Source of the DNA: Felis catus
Lineage: Eukaryota
Direction: 5' to 3'
Length of the DNA stretch: 64,000 nucleotides
Assembly: GCF_018350175.1 (NCBI RefSeq)
Contig: NC_058368.1
Location: forward strand, 109,680,001-109,744,000
Position 1 is the stretch's first letter; each line of letters begins with the position of its first letter. Positions 1 through 11,672 of this stretch are shown piece after piece. The notes under the pieces are model-generated. The model worked only from the letters and a program-made list of their open reading frames with translations, did not search any database and was not told the origin of the DNA. The position numbers were made by a program, and so were the translations under genes.

Positions 1-494
1 GTAGACTCTTGGGGCCAGCCAGATGTGAGAAGTAAAACAGAGGAATCAAGGACAACTTGGAGGTTTCTGGAAAAGGCGATGACAGTGGTACATTACCCAA
101 GGCAAGGAAAAGAGCAGGATTTGGGGGTGAGGGGATTGACTGAGAAGCAGTAGAAGAATTAATTCGTACATGATGAACACTCACAGAAACTATCTGATGA
201 GCTTCCAGCCTTACCTCTCCCCCAGCTTTTCTGGAAATTTTTGCCCCCCTTCACCGTACCTTCAAGGTACAGGTGACCAGTGAAGTCTGAATCCCTAACT
301 TAAGCTAAGCCAATGCCCAGACCACATCTGTTTTTTATGTATTTTTAAAATTTATTTATATCTATTCATACACATGCACACACACATTCCACAATCAAAA
401 AACCCTCTACCACCACAGTAAATAGGGACCATGTAAACTAACATTGAATCCTAAAACAATAATCTCAACTATCCACCAGGGATCTGCTAAGACA

Positions 495-800
495 GGAGAT
501 GACCAGCTTTTTCAAAGCCACAGAGTAAATATTTTAGGCTTTGCAGGCCCTATGGTCACAGCTATTCCACTCTCCTATTGTAGCAGCAAAAGCAGCTACA
601 AACAACACAGAAACAAATGGGTGTGTCGTCTGTGTCCCAATAAAACTTTATTTACAGACACTGAATTTGAGTTTCCTATAATTTTCACAGGCCACAATAT
701 TTTTTTCCCACCATTTAAAAATATAAAAAACATTTTTAGCTCACAGGCCATACAAAAGCAGGCAGCACTGGGCCTACTAACCATAGCTTACTGATCCTTA
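495..800. mobile_element. MER58-type non-autonomous hAT element
   Basis: AGTAAATATTTTAGGCTTTGCAGGCC...GTGTCCCAATAAAACTTTATTTACAGACACTGAATTTGA resembles the recalled MER58B consensus. Confidence 0.7.
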
Positions 801-1561
801 TGCTAAGGCAACACAGAACTGCCTTCCCTTAAAACTCCTTCCAGATGTCCTCTCAGTGTTAACCTTAACTTAAAACAACAGACAAGGAAAACAATCCTAG
901 TTGACAGAACTGAAAATTTTCATTTGGCTTACCAAAGAACTCACTCCATTTGCAAGGAAGTCAACAGATGAAGGCCCACATACTTGCTGGTTTTGCCATT
1001 TACCTTACACTGTACTTGCCTAGCAACGTATGGTGTAAGTCTTGGAACAATGCTACCTTCCTCTCTCCTCCACAACAAACAGTTTTAGTTTTGTTGGTGT
1101 TTTTGTTGTTTTTCCACAACTATGTATCAGTTATCTCAGGGATGATCAAATTTAGTATTTAGCCCACAACTTTCAAATATGTGACAAAGCAGATCTAGCT
1201 AGACCAATTAAAGGATACCACCGTGTGAATCTGGACTCAGAGAACAAGGGCCTTTGGATGGAAATTGGGTTGTCTCTATTGAAGAGATGAGGGTATCTGC
1301 TGTTGTATGCAGATAGCTATATTATGTTAAAAAATACATATTCAACAGGGGCGCCTGGGTGGCTCAGTCAGTTAACGATCCAACTCTCGATTTCAGCTGA
1401 GGTCATGATCTCATGGTTTATGAGATCGAGCCCTGCATCAGCCTCTGCAATGACAATGCAAAGCCTGTTTGAGATTCTCTCTCTCCCTCTCTCTCTGCCC
1501 CTCTCTGCTTGCATGTGTGCTCTCTCTCTCTCTCTCTCTCTCTCAATGTAAATAAGTAAAC

Positions 1562-1614
<53 letters not shown>

Positions 1615-3430
1615 TGTGCATATATAAAAGTAGGACTGTGTGTGCACTAAATAGCTATGGGATGAATGAGGGGGACAACTATGTTTTAGAGTGCCCTTTA
1701 CTCCACTTCTCTCTGGAATGCTGCAGTTAGAGCATATAGGGTTTTTTTGTTTGTTTGTTTGTTTACTTATTTTGAGAGAGAGCATGCAAACACAAGAGAG
1801 AGAGGCAGAGAGAGACAGAAACAGCATGCGCATGTGCACATGCACGAGTACTGCGGACGGGCAGAGAGGGAGAAAAAAGAATCTTACAAACCATGAGATC
1901 ATGACCTGAGCTAAAACTAAGAGTCAAATCCAAGAGTTGGAAGCTTAAATGACTGAGCCACCCAGGTGCCCCAGTTAGAACATGTTATTACAATGTAGCT
2001 CCCTACCCAAAGTTGTGCTCCACAGGTGGACATATCACCAAATGAGTCCTTTTCCTGGAATTGAGATTTAGAATCAAGGCAGCCTCTCTCTGATAGCAGC
2101 AGATATGAAATTTAAAACTCAAAAGGTATTAGTTAAGTGTTAAATTTCATCTGCAGCAAGGGCGAATTGAATAGAGAAAGAACATCGAGAGAGTAATAAA
2201 GAGATACTCCTAACCACATCTGCAGCCCCTGGATCCAGCTGCTCCTGAGTTCTAGCTGTCCTCTTGTGGGTTGATTGCCTTTCTTACAATTCATGGGATA
2301 TGTGGTATGTTCTCAACAAGTTCTGTTTAGTTTAAGTTAGATATGTATCACTCGCCTAACCAAAACAAAGTGCCTACTAAACAATCCAAAGGAAGGTATT
2401 CAGTTGAATAAGAGTTCTGGTTCCCACAAAACACTTAAGAGATGGTAGCTGAAGCTATACAAATGGATGAGATCATCCAGAAGAGTGAAAACAAAAGCCC
2501 AAGGCTAGGGGGTGCCTGGATGGCTCAGTCGGTTGAGCGTCTGACTTCGGCTCAGGTCATGATTTTGCAGTCTGTGAGTTCGAGCCCCACGTCCAGCTCT
2601 GTGCTGATAGCTGACAGCTGGAAGCCTGGAGCTTGCTTCGGATTCTGTGTCTCCCTTGCTCTCTGCCCCTCCCCCGCTCATGCTCTGTCTCTCTCTCTCT
2701 CTCTGTCAAAAATAAATAAACATTAAAAAAAAATTAAAAAAAAAAAAACGAAGGCCAAGGCTAAAATCAAGAACTTTCAATATCAAAGCATTAGCAGAGA
2801 ACTAAGTCTGCAAGAACGCAACTGGTAGGAAGAAAGGGACAAAGTCGTAAGAGTCCAGGAAGAAAACAGTATCAAGTAGAAAATGGTTAACAAAAGTAAG
2901 TAGACAAAGAGATAAAGGAGTAAGCAGTAACTATATAATTTGGCAATAAAGAAGTCACAGGCGGCCTTGGCAAGAGCAATTTCACGAACAGGATGAGAAG
3001 ACAGGCATAAAGTTTAAGAGTGCAGAGGAGGGGCACCTGGGTGGCTCAGTAGCACGTGGGACTTCAGCTCAGGTCATGATTTCACTATTTGTGAGTTCAA
3101 GTCCCATACTGGGCTCTCTGCTGTCAGCACAGAGCCTGCTTCCCTCCAGATCCTCTGTACCCCTCTCTCTGCTCCTCCCCAGCTTGAGCTCTCCACACTC
3201 TCTCAAAAATAAAAACATTAAACAAAACAAAACAAAACAGGGCACTTGGGTGGCTCAGTCTGCTAAGGATCTGACTTAGGCTCAAGTCATGATCTCACAG
3301 CTCCTGAATTCAAGCCCTGTGTGGAGCTCTGTACTGACAACTCAGAGCCTGGAGCCTGCTTCAGATTCTGCGTCTCCCTCTCTCTGCCCCTCCCCAGGTT
3401 GCACTCTGTCTCTCTCTCAAAATAATAAAC

Positions 3431-3462
<32 letters not shown>

Positions 3463-5299
3463 ACTGCAGAGGAAGTACACAACACTACCCATGAAGTAAT
3501 CTTGCCATTTAAAAAAAAATTCAAGCCTTGGGGTGCCTGACTGATTCAGTTAGTAGAGCATGCAACTCTCGATCTTGGGGTCGTGAGTTCAAACCCCATT
3601 TTGAACACAGTTTATTTAAAAGTAAAAATTCAGAGGGTGCCTGGTTGGCTCAGTTGGTTGAGCCTCCCACTCTTGATTTCCACTCAGGTCATGATCTCAT
3701 GGTTCATGGGAAAGAGCCCTGAATCAGGCTCTGAACTGATAGTGTGGAGTCTGCTTGGGATGTTCTCTCTCCCTCCCTCTCTGCCCCTCCTCAACTTCTC
3801 AACTTGTTCTCTCTCTCTCTCTCTCTCTCTCTGAAAATAAACTTTAAAAATAAATAAATAAATAAAAATAAAAATTCAGGGGCACCTGGGTGACTCAGTT
3901 AAGCATCCAACTCTTGATTTAGGCTCAGGTCATGACCTTGCCATTCATGGGTTCAAGCCCCGCCCCACTGACAGTGCAGAGCCTGCTTGGGATTCTCTTT
4001 CTCCCTCTCTCTTTGCCCCTCACACATTCGCTCTCTATCTCTCAAAATAAATTTTAAAAACACAAAGTAAAAATAAAAATTCAAGGGGTGCCTGGGTGGC
4101 CTTGGTTAGGCATCTGCCCTCTTCCTGGCTCACCCTCTTTCAAAATAAATAAACATTAAAAAAATGAAATAAAAAGTCAAGCTTCAATTGGATCAAGCTT
4201 CTAAACGTAACTACTATATACAGAAAAAACAAGGGACTGAGGAACATACTATATAATACCACAAGGATGCATCCAGCACTATTTAGACTGTGAGAAATCT
4301 CATAGGGCAAAAAACATGGCTTCTTTATCAAACCAATTGTATAGAAATGAGTAAGTGCAAAAAATCAGAGAAATCTGAAGACTAAATACATGATGACACT
4401 AAGAAATTAGTATTAACTTCTTTACTGAAAAGTTGGACTATTGTTTTAATCCTTATTTTTTAGAGATATATAAGGAAATAGTATTACACAGTCCTTATTT
4501 TACCAGAATGTCTTCCCTGATACATGGTGCCAGATGTCACTCAGCAGGGTACAGTCCTCTAGTTAACATAACAAGTAAGGAAGATACAAAGTGATGCAGG
4601 GATTCAAAAAAGGTAGGTCCCAGTTGGAGTATCCAGAGGAATCATGGAAAACTTTAGGAAGGCAATGGTACTTCCACTGTGCCTTAACAGACAGTGAAAT
4701 TTTAACAGGGTAGGGAACAAGAGAGGAAAAGTGTTATTTCAGATGGAAGAAATGGAAACAATTGCAAAGAGGTGGGAAGTCCTGTCAATGCAAAGCACTG
4801 GCCTATACTCACCTCTCCATAAAACTGTCGCTACCATAATGACAAGAAAAGAAAAAGTCAAAGTGAAAAACTGTAACTCACTAGCCAGCTCTAACTTAAC
4901 AAAATCATGCGAGACCCATTCAGTCCTAAAGTAGCCTCGAGTAGCACAGTCCCAAGGTAGATCATGACAATATCTGGGTAGTCAAACCATACTGGCTTTC
5001 CAGAGCAATGTATTCATGTCAATCCCTGATTTCCCCTGCCACACACCTACAACTCTGGAAAAATAATGCCCAAGGTTCTTTTACCTATCCTAGGAAATTA
5101 TAAAAATAGTTTAAAACGGTACCCAATAATAAGCTTTGTCTACCCTCCTAAAAGCCACCGCCATGGTTCATTTGGCACCACAAAAGAGGTAAAATTACCT
5201 TCCCTCAGAACATTCCTCAGGTTACAGATTTTTTAATAAAATATATACATAATGAAGCAGGTAAATTTCATTTTTTTTTTATTTTTTGACTATATCTAC

Positions 5300-6060
5300 T
5301 TTTTTTTAAATTTCAGTGTCATTAACATACACTGCTATATTAGTTTCAGGTGTACAATATAGTGATCCAACAGTTCCATACGTTACTTAGAGCTCATCAA
5401 GACAATTGCACTGTGTCAACTATACTGGAATTATATTTAAAAAAAAAATTTTTTTTCAAGTGCATTCCTAATGTCCTTCACCTTTTTCACCCATTCCTGC
5501 CACCCACCTCCCTTCTGGTAACCATCTGTTTGTTCTCTGTAGTTGAGTCTATTTTTTGGTTTGTCTCTTTTTTCTTTCCTTCGTTTGTTTTGTTTCTTAA
5601 ATTCCACATAGGCATGAAATCATATGCTATCTGTCTTTCTCTGGCTTATTTCACTTAGCATCATATTCTCTAGATCCATCCATACTGTTGCAAATGGCAA
5701 GATTTCATTCTTTTTTATGGCTGAATAGTACTCCATTGTATCTATATACCAATCTTCTTTATCCATTTATCTATTGATGGACACTTGAGGTGCTTGCATA
5801 GTTGGCTATTGCAAATAACACTGCAATAAACACAGGGGTGCACGTATCCCTCAAAATTAGTGTTTTCAAAGTTTGGGGGTAAATACCCAGTAGTGTGATT
5901 ATTGGATTGCAGGGTAGTTCTATTTTCAATTTTTTAAGTAAACAGTCTTCCACGGTGGCTGCACCAGTTTGAAATTCCACCAACAGTGCATAAGGATTCC
6001 TTTTTCTCCACATTTTCACCAATACTTGTTGTTTCTTGAGTTTTGTATTTTAGCCATTTG
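5300..6060 (-). mobile_element. LINE-1 3' fragment
   Basis: ORF 5771..6022 ([21 protein letters not shown]...DTCTPVFIA) is L1 ORF2-like, followed by L1 3' UTR sequence. Confidence 0.85.
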
Positions 6061-7808
6061 AAAGATGATTTTAAATAAAATTTCTTTGTTCAAAAACAGA
6101 ATTAGGCTGGGTGGCGCAGTTGATTAGGCACCCAACTCCTGATTTCAGCTCAGGTCATGATCTCCAGGTTCATGGGATGGTTCCCTGCATTGGGCTCTGC
6201 TCTGGGAGGGCTGAGCCTGCTTGGGATTCTTTCTTTGCCCCTCTCCTGCTTGTGTGCGTGCTTGCATCACACACTCTCTCTCTAGTCCTCTCTCTCAAAA
6301 TAAATAAGCTTTAAAAAAAAGAGAGAGAGAATTAAGGGGTGTCTGGGTGGCTCAGTTGGTTAGGCGTCCAATTTCAGCTCAGGTCACAATCTCAAGGTTC
6401 ATAGGTTTGAGCCCTGCATCGGGCTCTGTGCTGATCGCCGAGAGCCTGCAGCCTGCTTCAGCTTTTGTGTCTCCCTCTCTCTCTGCCCCTCCCCTGCACT
6501 CTCACTCTCTCTTTCTGTCTCAAAAATAAACATTAAAAAAAACAGGATTAATAAGTAGTCTCAATATTAAAATGTTTTTGTAATATTTTGGAAATGAATT
6601 CACTGGTTCTAATATTTTCTGTGTGCCAATACCATTAAAATTCTCAGGATGTGATGCTAGTGAAAATGAACATCAAGACAGACAGGAATGCAGATGATCA
6701 GCCAAAACTCCATAACGGTCATGTTTATCATGTCCTCTTCCATTTACTAGAGTTATCACTTCAAGCAACCAAGATATTCAGTATAAAAAGTTACAAGTAG
6801 TGGTACCTGCTTGAACCAAAGGAAAAAGCACCAAAGTAACAGGTCTGGTTAGCTTTAACCACTGACTACACCTCGTTTCACACTTACTGACACTGGCACA
6901 CACCCTCCCAGAAATCAAATATAATCGTTCCAACTTATCAGAGGAAATGAAAAAGGAAATGGGTAAAATATAATGAGGGCTGGGAGTTCAAAAGCTGGGA
7001 AACCTTTACATGACATAGGAAAGTTAAAAAGAATTTTTTTTAATTTGAGTACAGTTGACCTAAAAAAAGTTTTTATAATAAAATACCTGGAGAATAGAGC
7101 TAAAGTAAAAAATAAAACCTAAGTCATCAACTTTTACAATATGTACTGTACTTCTGGGTTACTGTCCATGTGTGCCTTTAATACCTGTAAGAGTACTCCT
7201 TTGATTTTATGAAAAATACTACAAAGAAAAGGCCTCATACATTTTGGACTCCATTCTAAACCAGTAGATGGCCACAAAAGAAGAAATACCTGTTTTCTTT
7301 GTTCCTCTCAGGTACACATAAACCATGACATTTACCTTAGCTCTTCAAAAAAGGTAAGATACATAACTTTTAGAAGCCTTCACCTTCTGTCATCTTCTGT
7401 AGCTGATAGTTACTTTCTCCCCTTCAAATATTGATCACTTGCTCATACAGTTTGCTTTAGATTATCCCTTTGTGAAAACTTAGATTGGATATCACATTCA
7501 CATTCAATCTAACGACTGTGTAAAATACTGATGATACTGGAGAGATATAAACATAGCTCTTGTTCTAAACACACTACAAGAGACCTATCAGAAAATTACA
7601 ATACAAAAGGAGAATATATCAGCTATTACAAAAGGCATACAATTCAAGAGCACAGAGAATGTATGTCATATGACAAAGAGAAAGTAATCCGAATGGAAAT
7701 ATTCTATCTTTAGGAATTCTTAATTACAGAGCTTTACCAAAGCACTGTACAATCATCTCTACACCCCAAAACTGTGGAGTGCTTTCCAATTAATACAGCT
7801 AAGCTCTT

Positions 7809-7814
<6 letters not shown>

Positions 7815-7851
<37 letters not shown>
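7815..7851. repeat. (TG)n microsatellite
   Basis: Directly visible. Other simple repeats: (TA)n ~1567-1604, (CT)n ~27155-27207, (CA)n ~30482-30517. Confidence 0.95.
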
Positions 7852-7854
<3 letters not shown>

Positions 7855-8745
7855 CCATACAGTAAAGGTTGGGTCATTCACAGACCTCCTATCTTGTCCA
7901 CACCTGATGCAAACTTATATTTAAAGTAGAATTTGCCTACTGTTCCTGCAGAGCTAACAAAACCTAAAGTCATCAGCATACAAGCCACCACAAACTGAAT
8001 GAAACTGCTGATATTTAAAAAAAAAGAAAAATCACTGCTCCCAGGTAAATTGACTCTAAAAGATCATTAAAAATAACTTCCGGAGGATTTTTTTTAATGT
8101 TTAGAGACTGAAAAATGCAGTGATGAATAAGGAAAATAAACCAGAAAATTTTAAAGAAGCCAGCTTTGTTAAAAGACTAGTGGCCACTTGCCAACACGTC
8201 TTTATGCACATATGACCAAAGAAGATCCAGGCAGATTCGCAGGCCACAAAGGCTCTTATCAAATGCCAAATTAAGAAAATTCACATAAATATTTCAATTT
8301 TGATAAATCAAAGTACAGTGAAATGACAAAAGCACTTCACAAAGCTTTGCAGAATCAATATGGAAACAAAGCTTTGAGTTTTTTAAACACATGAGTCCTA
8401 AAAGTCAACACGTATCTTAAATGTCACATTTGCAAACATCTTATTCACAGGCGCTTATTGCTTAGGTTCCCTCAAGACATACCGGTCACTGAAAAAGAGA
8501 CTGGCCTTAGTTTAAAATTTCTGTAAAGCCACTCTGAATGGCAACTGACTACGAGAAGAACCCTAAATGGAACTCTTCGTCTTAGTGCAACTCCATGCAC
8601 GAGCATTTCAGATTTGTACTTTCAACTTCCTATAAATGATAACCACTGTAAGAGAAAAAGCAGTGAAGATAGTCCTCAAACTCCTATACTCCAAGATCCA
8701 CCCTCAAAGAGTGGAAGGAACAGCAAAGTGGAAGGAACAAAGCAC

Positions 8746-8753
8746 TGACGTCA
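8746..8753. promoter_or_regulatory. Perfect palindromic CRE (TGACGTCA) in proximal intron 1
   Basis: Exact CREB/ATF consensus with intact CpG, about 0.8 kb from the exon-1 donor. Function not shown. Confidence 0.4.
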
Positions 8754-8859
8754 ATTACGAGATTAACCCCGGGCACAGGCAGCTGGAGGAAAGGCCTAAA
8801 CATCAATATCCAAACCCGAGCTATCGGGATAACTAGGTAACAGACCGACTGCGAAGTTA

Positions 8860-9028
8860 GGGGCGGGGGGGGGGGGGGGGCGGCTATTCAAGTATTACAC
8901 CCCCACCTTCCCATTTTTAGTCAATCCCCTTCGCTAGCCGAAGGTGGAAAATTTTTTTCCTTTTTTTTTTTTTTTTTTTGCAGAGGTGGGGGGAAGAGAG
9001 CAAGAGAGAGAGGGAGAGGGAGAAAGAG

Positions 9029-9082
<54 letters not shown>

Positions 9083-9087
9083 AGAGA
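8860..9087. repeat. Poly-G, poly-T and (GA)n tracts in proximal intron 1 of the CpG-island gene
   Basis: G run 8866-8880, T run ~8960-8979, (GA)n ~9033-9071, G run ~9072-9082. Confidence 0.95.
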
Positions 9088-9339
9088 CGTGCGCAGGATC
9101 GCGAGAAGGAAAGCGAGAACTAGTTGGGTAATGATAGCCAGAAATCTAGGCCTATTTTCTCTACAAATAACTTGAAACTGAAGAGGATATTAAAAAATCA
9201 CGAATCTGTCGCTAAATTTTCTGAGGGCTGGAATGGATTAAGAAACGAAAGCGGAAAGGAGAAATGGTGAAAAGATGGATTTCTGGAAATTTTTGTTAGG
9301 ATGGTTAGCCTTATGTTTTTTGTTTTTTTTTTTTTTTTT

Positions 9340-10370
9340 CCAGGCCGGGGGTGGGGGTGAAACGGAAAGAAGAAGGGCGAAGCCGGATCGAGCAGCCCCG
9401 GCCTGGAGGGTCTCCCGAGCCCCCAAGGCGGACCCAGTTCACCGTCTCCCCCACCCCCACCCCGCACCCCGCGGCCAGGCCCGGCCCGGCCCGGCCCGGC
9501 CCTCCGTCAGTCAGTCGGCCCCTCTCACCTCCAATCCCTGCTCCGCTAGGCCCAAACCATCTCCCAGCTGCGGCAGCGGCGGCGCCGGGCCTGCACCTTC
9601 ACCGGACGCGCATTCGAGCCCGCCCGGGGGCGGCGACAGACTGCCCAGGACGAGGGGCTCCGGGCGGCGGCGGGGGTTCGGCAGGTCTGGAAAGGCGCAG
9701 GCGGGGGCGGCGGCGACGCGCCTCACACGGAACAGGCGGAGGTCCCGCCCCGCTCCATGACGGTCGGGCCCAGCCCGGGACGGCCGACTGAGGCGGCAGG
9801 GGCGGGCCGACGAAGACCTGGCACCGGGATCCCCGCCCCGTCCGCTGGCGGCGGCGGCGGCGACGGCGGCTCGACTCCCGCAGCCAGGACGGTGACTGAC
9901 GCAGCGGCCGTGCCACCCATGTGATCAGGGCCGGGCGGGGGCGAGGCGTCACGTGGCGACGCCGCGCCCCGCCCCGCCAGAAAAGCGGGGCCCTGCTGGG
10001 CCTGCGGTGACCGGAGGCGACACGGGGGCCGTGACGTGCGCGGCTGTGGGGGGTCGAACGACCCCGGACGGGCGGAGCACCGGCCCCGGTGGCTTAGACC
10101 CGACCTCCTAGGCCCCGCGGCCGCACAGGGCAGGGCCGCCGGGCAGGACCCGGCCTGCAGCTCCGCGACGCGCACACCCTTCTGTGCACGTAGCCGCTAC
10201 CGGGGACGGGCCGAGCCGGGTCTACCGGTTCTGGGACTCAGGTGAGGGGCGGGGGGTCAGGTCGTGCGCCCCTGGCGAGGGTCTGGCGAACCCGAAGCCC
10301 CTTCGACCGACTTCCCGGTGCTGACGTTGATGCCCGGAGTCCAGCGGCCCTCACCAGGTCGGCGGAGAAA
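9340..10370. promoter_or_regulatory. AFF4: CpG island / probable AFF4 promoter
   Basis: Very GC- and CpG-rich. GC boxes at ~9928-9941 and ~9966-9978, E-box GTCACGTG at 9948-9955, CRE-like TGACGT at ~10032-10037. The gene name rests on recalled conserved synteny (AFF4 lies 3' of ZCCHC10 on the same strand). Confidence 0.8.
9529..9900 (-). other. AFF4: Probable AFF4 non-coding exon 1 (5' UTR; TSS approximate)
   Basis: Minus-strand donor GGAG|GTGAGA at 9529/9528 at the edge of the CpG island, and Inr-like GTCAGTCA near 9893-9900. No long ORF. Positions 1-9528 would be AFF4 intron 1. Identity is by synteny only. Confidence 0.7.
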
Positions 10371-11272
10371 GGCAGTCTCCAGGGACTTACTGCAGGAGGA
10401 TGCTTGGAACCACGCTTGAACTTCTTCCATGAAGCCTCTCCAGCCCTTTCTGTTCGTCATCCAAACATTTTCTGCCAGTAATACTGTTCTTCAGGATATC
10501 ATTTTCAACGCTTTCCTTCATCTCTTAACATTCTGGCAGTCAGGGCAAACTATAATTTAATTGAGAGTAAAATAATAGTTATAGACCAGACAGGATTTTC
10601 AAAGGGTCTCATGGAACGCAGTTTGGTAACTGTTCAGAGACACTACCTCTGGTTCACCATTGGAAGAACACTTTATAATCTCCTGCCTCTTACTTGGTTT
10701 TCTTTCTGTGCAGAAGCCTCAGGAAGCTGGGAGCAGCGTGAAGGGGGTGGGAGGTTACTTTCTACCAACTAATCTAGAAAAAAGCGTGTTAAAGATTGCT
10801 TTTGGTAAGGTGCAAGGTTTTTGGGGAGCTTTATGATAAACTCTTATAAGGAATGTGCATGTGAAAATGTTTTTGTCAGCCCTTAACACTGGTAATTCAG
10901 CATCAATAAAAGTATAATTTTTCCTTTTAAAAATTCTTAACTGACCACCTATTATTTTTAAGCCTCACTCTTTATATCTATATAGATATTATGTATGTAT
11001 CTCTATAGATGAGGAAATTATTAGTGCAAAACTCAAAAAGAACTGTGATGAAATAGAGTGAAAAATAATTACTCCTCCCATCCCTGCCCTTTAACTATGG
11101 TAGTCCTGGAGGCAATCATTTGGCATTTTCTAGTGTATCCCTCCCAAAATATGTTATAAATAAACATGAAAATATAGTGATAACATACTTTTTACAGGAA
11201 AGATAATGTACTGTATATACTGTTAAGTTCCTTCCTTTTCTCACTTAAAATATCCTGGGTATCCTTCCATAT

Positions 11273-11672
11273 GGATGTGGGGCCACAAGCCAACAAAGAA
11301 TTCTTGAGAGGCTTTTGGTGCAAGAAGGTGCTTTTATTACAACCTGGGGTCAGAACCTGTGGGCAGAAAGAGCTGTACCTTTGCTGTATGAAGGCAGTGG
11401 CTACATGCTTAGTGCTCAAGGGGGAGGGGAGCTGCAGGGAGTATTAGATCATAAATGTCTTCCTCGAATTTCTACTCCTAAAACTAGTTTCAGAAGATTT
11501 CTCTGGTGCTTAACATTCACCTCAATATTAACTGTTGGTGAGATTTACAGGCACTCATGAGACACTTTAAGAATGCAGGAGTCAGTGCATGTTTGATCCT
11601 TATCAAAACCATGTAAGCTATATAGGTCAGCCTTCTGGGCTAAAGGTGAACATTTTTCTGCTTCTAGCCATC
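11273..11672 (-). mobile_element. ERV solo LTR (carnivore ERV1-like)
   Basis: Its minus-strand 3' end (AATAAAAGCACCTTCTTGCA...CTCAAGAATTCTTT...CCACATC) parallels the 3' end of the LTR at 48957-49814. Boundaries approximate. Confidence 0.65.

Noticed and set aside
168..200. ATGATGA...CTGA resembling snoRNA C and D boxes
   Set aside because: Boxes are only ~20 nt apart, there is no terminal stem, and it is on the strand opposite the host transcript.
6640..6830. Unique-looking stretch with coding-like composition
   Set aside because: No sustained open frame, paired splice sites or recognisable protein motif.
7290..7360. Plus-strand 42-nt exon-like block (TTCCTCTCAG|...AAG|GTAAGA)
   Set aside because: Antisense to the host intron with no partner exons or promoter evident; such matches arise by chance in 64 kb.
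9198..10481. Several 60-160-aa Pro/Arg/Gly-rich ORFs on both strands
   Set aside because: Expected stop-codon depletion in a GC-rich CpG island; no recognisable domain.
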